From positions 71,796,001-71,860,000 of the forward strand of contig OX597820.1 of assembly GCA_951406725.2 (NCBI GenBank): a stretch of DNA of 64,000 nucleotides, given 5' to 3'. The stretch is from Octopus vulgaris (Eukaryota). The notes under the pieces were generated by a model. It was given only the letters and a program-made list of their open reading frames with translations. It was not told the DNA's origin and made no database searches. Position 1 is the stretch's first letter, and each line of letters starts with the position of its first letter. Shown here in pieces: positions 23,920 to 34,487 of the stretch. The position numbers and the translations under genes are program-made.

Positions 23920-25178
23920 TCAGGTTGGTGCAAAAGTAATGCTTGATTTCTAGAAGAAATGTTTCAGTGCGAATTTACCAATTTTGTAACCTCTTCTTAT
24001 AGCTTTAAGATATCTCTGTGTCTAATTTGTACTATTTTCTTTCAGATTGTCTAACTTCTGGTCATAATTCTCAGAAAATTTTACCACTATGTTTGTCCCA
24101 TTTAAAGATCACATAAGAAATGTTTTTCTCTTCGAGTTTCATAAAGATGTTAATACAAGTGCAGTAGCAAGATCTATTCAGAGCACTTATGGGGATGATG
24201 TAGTGAATGAAAGAAGTTGCAGGAGGTGGTTTTCCCATTTCCGAATTGGTGATTTCACTTTGAAAGAAGAGCTAAAAGAAGGTCGTCCAAAAACACTTGA
24301 TTCCGAAATGTTGGAAATTCTTGTTTCAGAGAACCCTACTGTTACCACTAGGGAACTCGCAGAACAGTTAAACGTGGCCCATACAACCATGGTACGCCAG
24401 CTAAACACATTGGAAAGGTTTCAGTGGCTGGAAAATGGGTCCCTCATGAGCTGTCTTCAGAAAATCGACAACAGTGTACTGCTTGTTGTCAATCATTGCT
24501 TTCACAACACTTTCAAGCAACATTTTTAGACAGGCTTGTTACAGGTGATGAGAAGTGGATTCTTTACCATAATGTTAAACATCGCCATTCATGGATCAGT
24601 TGAGGTAGATAGCCACTTCAACAACCGAGAGTAGGACTTCATCCAAAGAAGATCATGTTGAGTGTTTGGTGAGATATAAAAGGAGTAATCCATTATGAAC
24701 TGTTGGACCACAACCAAACAATTAATGCTAATCTTTACTGTGAGCAACTTCATCATTTGAAAACATTTCTGAGCCAAAACCGAGTATCCTTGGTTAACAG
24801 AAAGGGTGTCATCTTTCATCTCGATAATGCTCATCCTCACACAGCTCGACTGAAGAACTTGGTTGGGAAATACTGCCTCATCCTCCATATTCTCCTGACC
24901 TTGCTCCTTCTGATTACCATTCGTTCCAAGGACTACAGAACGATTTTGATGGATTTAGGTTAACAACAAGAGAAGAGATTGAAAATAAGTTGGATTCATA
25001 TTTTGGTTCTAAACCTACAGAATTTTACAAGCGAGGCATTTATAAGGTTGTTGAAAGATGGAATGAGGTCATGGAAAGCAATGGAGAGTATGTTAATGAA
25101 TAAATATTTCCATAGTCATTGGCTAATTCATTTTTACCTTAGATCTTTAAATTAGACATTACTTTTGCACCAACCTGA
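23920..25178 (+). mobile_element. Full-length mariner transposon (Hsmar1/cecropia-like TIRs) with TA target-site duplication
   Basis: TA-TCAGGTTGGTGCAAAAGTAATG at 23918 and CATTACTTTTGCACCAACCTGA-TA ending at 25180. 1259 bp. Confidence 0.95.
24089..25103 (+). pseudogene. Mariner DD(34)D-type transposase, frameshifted
   Basis: HTH region (VNERSCRRWFSHFRIGDFTLKEELKEGRP), then WVPHEL (about 24436), VTGDEKW (24538), HLDNAHPH (24817) and HPPYSPDLAPSDYH (24879). These are spread over several frames, with stops and a small deletion. Confidence 0.92.
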
Positions 25179-25214
25179 TATATATATAATATGTATGTAT
25201 ATCCATCCATCCAT

Positions 25215-25594
25215 TTATCTGTACAAACAAGCAAACAAAAAGAAGACTTTGTGAGAAGGGAAAGTTTTAACAAATGTATTAGTTTAACACTTAAAAGGAT
25301 AGGAAAGAATCTTGATGTTTCAGATGCTAGTCCTTCATCAGCAAAAATAAAAGGTGAAAAGATGGTGGGAAAAATAGAAAAGAATGAGAAAAGGTGGTTG
25401 TTAAAAAAAAGGTAAAAGTTAAGAGTCAGGTGGAAATGTGATTCTATATGGAGTAAGAAAGGAGGAGAGGGAAGCAGGGTGGAGCATACAGGTATTGAGG
25501 GTATTCATGTATAGAGATGGGCTTAGGTGGAGGTGTGTGTGTGGTGTTTTGGAGGATGTAGGAGTATGGAGATGTACAAGAATGTAGGTATGAT
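25215..25594 (-). mobile_element. Probable PLE pseudo-LTR fragment with decayed minimal hammerhead (25311-25345), interrupted by the CR1 insertion
   Basis: Minus strand CTGATGA-AGG[actagca]TCT-GAAA-CATC. Stem I pairing is poor. Purine-rich flank continues after 27213. Confidence 0.45.
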
Positions 25595-25601
25595 CATATT
25601 G

Positions 25602-27206
25602 ATAATGTTGATACACTATTGATACGGCAATAATATATGGCAAAGCTGAATCCACCTGTGATACAGGCATAAACCGCCTAAAAGATGACATTAATTTTGT
25701 TTCCATTTTGGTTGGAGAATTGTTCTCTGTGAACGAAAATGTCAGTGTTCTTAAGGTCGCTTGGCTAGGAAGATTCCAAGCGAACCCAACCGCAGATATT
25801 AGACCACGCCCAATAAGGGTAATCTTTTCTTCTGATTGGGAGGCTTCAGTCTTTCTGAACAGAGCTCAGACGCATGCCTGGGAGGACCCCAATATGGGTT
25901 TTCGCAAGGAATACTCACTAAGAGAGAGAATTCGCCGGAGAAACCTGATATCCGAGCTAAAGATGAGGAAACAAATGGGAGAGAAGGGTTTACGAATCCA
26001 AGATGGACAGATAATCAAGTCCTACCTCTGGTTCCATGCTGTACCAAGCAGTCATGCGAAGCTGAAACGAATCTTATCGCTTCGAGTAGATGAGCATCGT
26101 CCTGGGGGTCGGCTAGAGGCAGCCTGTAGACAGCCAACACGGGCAGGCAAAACTCAGATAGGCTCAGCTTGCAATAGACGGCATCGAATTTGGTTGTAGG
26201 TCCGACGTCTCCAGTGCGAGCAGTGGCATGCCTCAAGGTTCAGTGCTTGGGCCCTTGTTGTTCTTAGTCTTCATAAATGACTTGCCCGACGACCTCACGC
26301 AACACACCCTTCTATTTGCCGACGATATCAAACTGGTCGCTCCTCGCGGTAGTATAGAGGATCTTCGTCGATGCCTCCACCAAATTTGGAAGTGGTCTAA
26401 CGATTGGGACCTGTGTCTGAACGTGTCAAAGTGCTGTCATCTGCCTGTCGGCTCTACTCCTGCAACTCAACTTGATTTCGAGCCGGGTCGTCTGCTGCTG
26501 GAAAGGACCGATCAGGTAAAGGACCTGGGTATCTTGGTGGATTCCTCCTTTTCGCCTTCGGCCCAGTGCGTCCATGCTGCCAACAAAGCGCGCGGAATTC
26601 TGTTTTTGATTCGACGGTCATTCGGAATGCTCACAGCAGCCATATTCCTGCCACTCTATGTCACGCTGGTGAGACCCATATTGGAGTATGGGATTCAAGC
26701 CTCTTCTCCTTATCTCCACAAAGACATACAGCATCTCGAAAGAGTCCAGAGGCTGGCTACCCGCATGGTTCATGGTCTCAAAAATTTGTCCTACGAAGAA
26801 AGGCTGAGGACGCTCGACCTTTATTCTCTTGAAAAACGCCGCCGCCGTAGTGATCTCATTCTCGCCCACAACATCATAAGCGGGAAGTGTAACCTCTCGA
26901 AAGAGCTGTTCTTCACTCCTGCTCCGGAGCGTTGGCTGCGGGGTCATTCCGAAAAGCTCTACCTGCGACGATTTCATCTCAATCGAAGGAGAGGAGCTTT
27001 CTCCGTCCGGGTTGCGGATCCGTGGAACAAGCTGCCAGACGAGATGGTGAAGATGCCGACGACCGCTTTGTTCAAAGCCTCCCTGGACCTCAAGTGGCCT
27101 GAACTCTTTACATGAACACCACCCTGTACTTAACTCCATGTCCCCCTACATGGCCTTGCTATTTGCTTTTGAGCCAAATTAACTAACTAACTAACTAACT
27201 AACTAA
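25602..27206 (+). mobile_element. Young CR1-clade LINE, rearranged: ORF1 3' part (+), inverted endonuclease piece (-), RT C-terminus (+), 3' UTR and (CTAA)n tail; candidate TSD CATATTG
   Basis: ORF1-like AIIYGKAES...LKVAWLGR...RPRPIRVIF...GEKGLRIQDGQII (25612-26040). Minus-strand VLAVYRLP...LLEAIRFVSASHDCL (26041-26200). RT begins at 26201. Tail 27178-27207. CATATTG at 25595-25601 and 27207-27213. Confidence 0.9.
26201..27115 (+). CDS. CR1-type reverse transcriptase, C-terminal half (transposon ORF2 fragment)
   Basis: Uninterrupted frame with SGMPQGSVLGPLLFLVFINDL, LFADDIKL, KDLGILVD, LVRPILEYG, LERVQRLATRM, LSYEERL, LEKRRRRSDLI and RVADPWNKLP. Confidence 0.92.
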   Translation, partial: SDVSSASSGMPQGSVLGPLLFLVFINDLPDDLTQHTLLFADDIKLVAPRGSIEDLRRCLHQIWKWSNDWDLCLNVSKCCHLPVGSTPATQLDFEPGRLLLERTDQVKDLGILVDSSFSPSAQCVHAANKARGILFLIRRSFGMLTAAIFLPLYVTLVRPILEYGIQASSPYLHKDIQHLERVQRLATRMVHGLKNLSYEERLRTLDLYSLEKRRRRSDLILAHNIISGKCNLSKELFFTPAPERWLRGHSEKLYLRRFHLNRRRGAFSVRVADPWNKLPDEMVKMPTTALFKASLDLKWPELFT

Positions 27207-27352
27207 CATATTGTATGCAAGAGAGTAGGAGAGTAGGAGAACTTGGAGGCAGAAGTGTGAGGTGAAAGGGAAGAAGAATTTAAGAAAATAAAACATTATC
27301 TATCTTCATATATGTATGTCTACTTGTATGTGAGTGTGTGTGTCTATTCACC

Positions 27353-28800
27353 AGGAGTTAACAAGACCACAACAAAGCTTCTAAGACATGGAGAACCAGA
27401 AATGATTTAGATACTGACCTCTGTCTGTGAAAGGATATGGGAAACAGGACAGTAGCTGAAAGTATTGACCCAACTTTTCATTATATATACTCCTTTTCAA
27501 TAAGGGAAACCTGAGGCTCAGTTAAAATTACAGAATGTACAGTCTGATCATTCCCCCAGAAAAAGTCTTCTGATGATTCTCCAATTGTTTCAAATAGTCT
27601 GAAGCAGAAAGCAGAATAAATCCTCAAATGAAATCTTGCAGGATTCAGATAAAAAATGATTACACCAGTGCAGATATTTCACATCAGACTGTTGGTCAAG
27701 AAACATCAACAACAATGTGATCTCTACTACAAGCTCGTTGACTTCAGTGAGGGGTTGCGGTGACTAATGAAGGATCCAAGTACTGTAGAACAGGTCAAAG
27801 AGTGCAGTTTTCCCCAATAGCAACACTGAAGATTTCAGGACAGCAATTGGTGTTTTGTCAAAATTATCTCCTCTCCTTGTCACTTTTCAGCATCATAAAA
27901 AATTTCATACAGAATACGCTACATGACTACCACACAGCCATATCTATTGAAAAACAACTGCTTTGCAATCTGTTTTGCCGATGAAGGCAGTGTACCAAGA
28001 CTTTTGGAACTAACCAGTAGACTGGAAGAGAGTGCCTTGAGTGAAAGGAATAAAGGTCAGTTCAGAAAAGATTCTGATCAATAGCCATAACCACAATGCA
28101 GCAACCAACCTGAATGGATGTAAACATGTAAAAATGGACAACTTTTACCCTTTAGCATCCACATTATTCTGTCAAGTGTAATGCTTATCTATTCCCATTG
28201 ATTTGGTCATGCACTATCTTGTAGCTTTGAGATTTCAATGACATGATTGTTTATTTTTAGAATAATATTGTAGGGTATGTGGGAGAGGCCACATCTGGTC
28301 AAGTAAGACCAGGCCTGGTCTCATCTATTCTGATGAAGTTGAACACCATACGGTAAAATAGTCCCATAAGGTTTTCTACAAAGCTCAACCAGTATAAGTC
28401 TCTGTGACCTTGATGTTTTTGTATGGCTGTATATGCTGGACACTCACAGCTGTCACAGAACAGAGAGTCAAGACATTGGAGCATAAATGCTTCGGAAGGC
28501 TGTTACACATCTCATACACAATGCATAAGACACACAGCTTTGTCAGACAGCAAGATGCTACCTTTACTGTCAAGCTGGAACCACTCCTTACCACAGTGAA
28601 ATAATAAAAGCTTGCCTTGAAGACATGTATCCTAACATGATCCCTAATTAAAACCATTCTCCAGAGCACAGTTGTTGTAGGCCAAAGTAGGCAAAGAATA
28701 ACATTATCTGAGGGCATGAAAGTTGGGGTAGACCTCAGTGTGTGATGGAAGATGAGTACCAGTAATTACAGCTGGCTGTCAGAGGCTCTATATTTAATGT
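27353..28800 (+). mobile_element. Degraded RTE (BovB-like) LINE fragments interrupted by a truncated MITE (28144-28301)
   Basis: ORF 28404-28604 FLYGCICWTLTAVTEQRVKTLEHKCFGRLLHISY...FVRQQ...EPLLTTVK. Upstream degenerate RT motifs. Confidence 0.7.
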
Positions 28801-29073
28801 TACACCTACAATCAATTGCACCAGCCAAAAGAAAAGAAGCAGATATATTTATACACATGTACAAATGCTCTTTCATGCTGAAATAGATAATAACTGTGCT
28901 TCAAGTGAGAAAATATGAGATGGTTCATAAATGTACCGATTATTAATAAAATGTATTTCTCTGTAAGATGAATAACATTTTTATTATTAGTAATGTCATA
29001 AAGTACTATATAAGTAATACATACTTGTGTGTGTATGTGTGTGAATATAGAATGTGTATATATGGGTCTATGC

Positions 29074-29119
<46 letters not shown>

Positions 29120-29796
29120 AAGTGTGTGTGTGTAAGTATGTATATACACATACACACATATATATGTGTGTAAGTGTATGTATACACACATATACATATA
29201 TGTGTATACATACTTACACACATACACATACACAAATACACACACATATACATATATACGTGTGTGTGTGTGTATAAAGGTAGACATTTTTAAAACAAAG
29301 TTTTTACTACAAATAATTTAGATATAAGATCAATTGTTATATTGATATATGTTCAATTGCTGTGTTCTTTTATTGATACTGGGATATCACTAATGATAAA
29401 ACCATCCAGTGTCAGAAAAACTAGAGGTCAAGCACACATTATTTCGGATACGCTTATAATCAAAGAAATGTCCCTACCATAGTATGTGTATTTGGTTAGA
29501 AATAAAAATATAAAAATAAAAGATTAGAAGTAAAAGGAATGTGTTAAAAATAGGCAAAGGCTCAGACAAAGCTGTGAACAAGAAGTTCACTTTGTAACTC
29601 TATGGTTCTAGGATCAATCTCACTCTACTGCACTCAAGACAAATGTATTCATTTGTAGCCTTCTATTGGCTAAGATTCTGTTAATGAAGTTTACAGTTTC
29701 CATATACTAAATTCTTTTACAAGGTATTGGTCAGTACAAGGCTACAGGAGAAGATACTTACCTAAGATGCCATTCTGTAATATAGAACTCAAGATA

Positions 29797-29945
29797 AGGC
29801 AGTGAGTTGGCAGAAACATTAGCACGCCAGGTGAAATGCTTAGCGGTACTTCATCTGTCTTTATGTTCTAAGTTAAAATTCCGCCGAGCTCAACTTTGCC
29901 TCGCTCCTCAAAAATTTCAGGCCTTGTGCCTAGAGTAGAAAAGAA
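29797..29945 (+). mobile_element. tRNA-derived SINE (Meta-domain-like family), internally deleted
   Basis: aggcagtgagttggcagaaacattagcacgccaggtgaaatgcttagcggtac...ccgccgag...aatttcaggccttgtgcctagagtagaaaag. Confidence 0.8.
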
Positions 29946-30074
29946 CATAGATGCTTTATAGGTGCAGAACCAATGGTCCTCTATGACCGGCCATAACTTT
30001 TAAAAAATATATTACTGCCCTAATGCTTTAGAGTACACTTCTTATTCAGATATATGAGCAACTGACGCCGTATC

Positions 30075-30119
<45 letters not shown>

Positions 30120-30421
30120 TTTTTCCCTTTTTACTTTTATTTGATTTGTTTCAGTCATTTGACTGTGGCCATGCTGGAGCACTGCCTTTAATCGAGAAGT
30201 TCACTTTAGTACCTTTAATTTGAATGATTCATTCCTGTGGACTTGGAATTAATCTTCCCTAATAATTATAATAATAATAATGATAATAATATATATATAT
30301 ATATATATTACATACATGCACACACAAACACACAGAGCATTTTATATGCACACCACTTTAGTAATGTTAGATCCCAAAGTGCATCATATAAAACTATGAA
30401 TAATGGCATATAAATATTGGA

Positions 30422-30648
30422 TTAATCCTTTAGCATTCAGATTACTCTGTCAAATGTAAATTTTATTTATTCACATTGTTTTGAATTAATCATGTATTAT
30501 CTTGTTTCTTTGAGATTTCAATGATGAGATTGTTTAGTTTTAGAATGCCATTGTAGGATAGGTGTGCGATTCAGATCCGGCCAGTTTAAACATAAAGTGA
30601 GTAGAAAACTTTAGCCATATTTAGTCAGTTTAAATGCTAAAAGGTTAA
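30422..30648. mobile_element. TTAA-flanked MITE (piggyBac/Kolobok-like)
   Basis: TTAA-tcctttagcattca ... taaatgctaaaagg-TTAA. Homologous copies at 60780-61007 and, truncated, at 28144-28301. Confidence 0.85.
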
Positions 30649-31222
30649 AGAACCCTTTTAGTTTGAAAAAGGTGAAGGCTGCCCATGTATCTGCCATTTT
30701 CACTTCTGGAATGATTTAATTTTACCTAACTCTGAAGTACACTGTCTTAATACTCTGTATTTTTAAAGGGTTTTTATCCAAGTGAAAAACCACAGCTTGT
30801 GGTATTTAAACAACACATGTATGTTAGCATGTGATATTGGTTACGTTTACATTATGGAGCTATTGCATAATTTCAGTTTATTCTACTTAGGTGATGCAAT
30901 CATAGATCAGCAAATAGTTTATATATTATCTGTATATATTCAGACTAGTGATTCTGATTTCATTTTGGATGTGCGATGAGTTCATGGCATTGATAAACCA
31001 CAATTATGGTGAAACAGTGTATCTGCTGCTCTTATCTAAACTTCTTGAGTTATTTTGTTTCTCCTAGCTCTGAAGTATACTGTGTTTTCGCTTTTCTTTT
31101 TTTTTTTCTTTTTCTCCAACATTATGTCTTTCAAGGGATTTTCCTAGGAAAAAAAAATTGCAGCTTCTAGTGTTTAAATGGTACATGTACATAAAGTATC
31201 TAGTATTGGTCACACACACACA

Positions 31223-31261
<39 letters not shown>

Positions 31262-31290
31262 ACACACACACATATATATATTTATACACA

Positions 31291-31620
31291 GTGAAGGTGC
31301 ATGGCTCAGTGATTAGAGTGTCGAGCTTACAATCATGAGATTGTGAGTTCGATTCCTGGACCAGGCTGCATGTTGTGTTCTTTAGCAAGACACTTTATTT
31401 CACATTGCTCCAGTTAACTCAGCTGTAGAAATGGGTTGCGACATCACTAGTGCCAAGCTGTATCGGCCTTTGCCTTTCCCTTGGATAACATCAGTGGTGT
31501 GGAGAGGGGAGGTTGGTATACATGGGCAACTGCTGGCCTTCCATAAATAACCTTGCCTGGACTTGTGCCTCGAAGGGTAACTTTCTTGGTGCAATCCCAT
31601 GGTCATTATGACCAAAGGGG
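31291..31620 (+). mobile_element. tRNA-derived SINE with CORE/V-like domain
   Basis: A box tggctcagtgattag, B box gagttcgattcc, then tgtgttctttagcaagacactttatttcacattgctccagttaactcagctg. Confidence 0.85.
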
Positions 31621-31632
31621 TCTCCTCTTATT

Positions 31633-31674
<42 letters not shown>

Positions 31675-32276
31675 CATATATACACATACATACATACACA
31701 CACATACATACACACCTATATACTTGTGTGTGTAAAGCCCTCTCTTGCCTACATTATATTGATTCTGTTGTGGCTCAGATCTCAGTTATGTCTCCTGACT
31801 TGTACATTATTGACTTTTGCATTAACTTTATTTTAATATTGCGTGCTCCTTTAGTCACCTTGAATGTTTCTTATACTGGTATTCCCTACCTGGCAAACCG
31901 GCCAGAATACTGATTTTTAGAGGCAATTTAAGATGTTTGTGCATGTATAATAGCAGCTCCAACTCAGATGTTACTCTCGCATATGTCACACATGTTCTTT
32001 GTAGATGGTTACTGATTAATCATGCCTGAAAAATTTTATTCTGGAAAGAAATTGTAGATTTTAGATTGGAATATTTCTTATTCCAAATACAGTACAATAT
32101 TTTATTATGATCCTTTAAATTTAGAATTCAACCCCCAACTGAGCTCAGTTTTGTTTTTCATTCTACTGAGATGAATAGCATAAAGGTACCAGTCAAATAA
32201 TGAAGTGTTTTAATCAACTATACCTTACCCAAATATTTGTTTGATATTAGAAATCAATATTATATGTGGGTGTTGA

Positions 32277-32490
32277 GGTAGCAAGCTGGTAGAATTGTTA
32301 GCACGCTGGACAAAGTGCTTTGCAACATTTCATCTGACTCTACATTCTGAATACAAATCTAGTTGAGGCTGACTTTACTCTTCATCATTTTGGAGTCAAT
32401 AAAATAAGTATCAGGTGAATACTGTGCTCAATGTCATTAATTTATCCCTTTCCCTAAAGTTACAAGCCTTGTACCAAAATTTGTAACCAA
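32277..32490 (+). mobile_element. Meta-domain-like tRNA SINE, degraded
   Basis: aggtagcaagctggtagaattgttagcacgctggac...gaggctgactttactcttcatcattttggagtcaataaaataagtatcag. Same family at 36284-36500, 41675-41940 and 44297-44730. Confidence 0.75.
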
Positions 32491-32519
32491 TATTACATTT
32501 GTGTGTCCAACATCAATAT

Positions 32520-33530
32520 AGTAAGGCTGTTATAGCAGATTTGGGGGTTTGGTTTTTATGTATTCTTTGGCAGGGAGAATGTAGTATGGTAAGATTGGTT
32601 CTTTAGTATGTGTAGTCATTGTATTTTGATGTTGAAGGAGATTAAATCAAAAGATACTTGCAAAATCGGTGCTTGTGGATTCAGTGCAAGTAGAGTGTCT
32701 AGTTTACATGCTGTGGATGCATGTGTGATTAAGGGCAAAATCTTGTTTAATCTATGTTGGAGGAATGTACAGTATTAGAAAAGCTATTGAAAGCCAATAC
32801 TGCACAAATCGAAAAGTATAGGAAAATATAACTGAAACCCAGACTACACCAGAAGTGATAGACTGTTGGTCAGAGAAGGTCTTATTGACATAAACTGTTT
32901 CAGAGCAGTCTGACAAGTAACTGTTAATTGAAGAGATAATAAATGGATAGAAATGTCTGATTCAAGAGATAATAATAGGTTGCCCATTGATCTAGTTCTA
33001 TAGAAATTATATTACTTATCACAGAGGTGGGAAAAGACTTGAGTTAATAAAAGCTTGTTTATGGCTGCCTTCATCACCTTTGAGTAGTTAGAAGTTATTG
33101 CATTTGATAGTTGGAAGCGTTAGTGAGGTGAGGGAAAATTAGATGCAAGTTTCTGTAAGTTAAAGTTGACCATAGAGAGATAAAAAGAGAAGAGAATGTT
33201 ATGGGTAAAAGCTAGCTTATAAGTGTCCTGTTTTAGAGTATTTGAGAGAACTCCTTTAGGACCAGAGAACTTATTGTGTTTAGAGTTACTGGAAAATGTT
33301 TCAAACTTAGCAACCATGTGAATATAGATTCTGAAAAGTTAGTACAAAGATTTTTGAAAGTCAATTGAGATCTTAAAAAGTGACCAGAACATCCATCAGT
33401 AACTTGGATGCCAAAAGAACCCAGAGGTTGTGTAATGGATAAACATATTCTCAGATTTCCTGATGTTTATCTTGTAGCTGTTGTGATGGTAAATAAATGT
33501 TTCTCAGTTAGTAACTGTGGGTGGCTTCAT
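32520..33530 (-). mobile_element. Old CR1/L2-like LINE RT fragment
   Basis: ORF 33120-33317 NKFSGPKGVLSNTLKQDTYKLAFTHNILF resembles KS.GPDG.....LK.....LA.PL..LF. Confidence 0.55.
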
Positions 33531-34410
33531 TAGATGTTGCTAACAAATGTATTTATATACTCATGTTTGTGTCTGCATATATTTATGTACATTTGTATAT
33601 TTATACACACATCATATTTCTCAGGAACAAACACATACACATGCACAATTGATTTTTATGTTATTTCCATTTTGATTCTTCTATCAATTTACATGCAATC
33701 AAATTTACATACAAACAAATTGAATTTTTAAAATGGGGGAATTTGTTTTGAAATATTAGAAAAGAGACATAAAAGTTTAATTTTCATTTTATCATTTTGA
33801 AACATTCATTTTTCAGCAGACAATCATGATCTTATTTCATAACCATATTCTTCAATTAGACCTAAACAAGGTATACACATTGTAACACCTCATAGTGATG
33901 ATTGTGGTTGATAATGCTTGTTTTTTTAAATCCTTCACTAAATATTCTGAAACAAATTTGTTTATATTTTCATATTATTAATGGAGATTTTAGCTTTGAT
34001 CTTTTATTTTCACATATCATTTCCTTGCTTTTATTTCCTATCATATATAATGAAAATTTCTGTTTTTGATATTATACTTCAGCAAATGTAAACCTTTTAA
34101 TACTTTCATTTACTTTATTGCTTGTTTAGCTATGTTTGTCTCTTTTAAATTTATAATACAAAATATAAGTCTGAGATAGGAAAGCTAATAAATTCTACAC
34201 TTGTCTTATTTCAATTTATATTAAATTTATATACTTTTTACTTCCAACTTAATCTTTTGCCTTATAAAATTAACTTAAAAATAGAAGTATTAAAATAATG
34301 ATATTCAACTTCTAATCAACATTGCAAATCTGTAAGGGAATAATCATTTCTAATCATTTTAATATTACTGCCATTTTATTTATTAATTTTTTTGTATTAC
34401 TACTTTACAG

Positions 34411-34487
34411 TGTTTATCATCTGAAGTGGAGTCTTTAGCTGTACCTACTCTTAAATGGCTAGGACTTTTCCCAAGTGATATCAAAAG
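34411..34487 (+). CDS. SPO11: Internal coding exon of SPO11 (meiotic recombination protein Spo11, Toprim domain C-terminal part); phase 0 start, phase 2 end
   Basis: Preceded by a T-rich tract and acceptor (tttttttgtattactactttacAG, AG at 34409-34410) and followed by donor AG|GTAACA at 34488. Translates open as CLSSEVESLAVPTLKWLGLFPSDIK(R), matching the human SPO11 segment SMSFEAHHLTVPAIRWLGLLPSDLKR (recalled from memory). No other SPO11 exon was recognised in the window. Confidence 0.88.

Noticed and set aside
25708-26199. 163-aa ORF as a standalone gene
   Set aside because: Chimera of LINE ORF1 3' end and read-through into the inverted endonuclease fragment.
28812-29287. YI/CV/HT-rich ORFs here and at many similar sites (41063, 47604, 51222, 57308, 57879)
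   Set aside because: Stop-free frames produced by (TA)n and (CA)n repeats.
31296-31365. tRNA gene
   Set aside because: A and B boxes belong to a SINE head that continues into a SINE body; no convincing cloverleaf.
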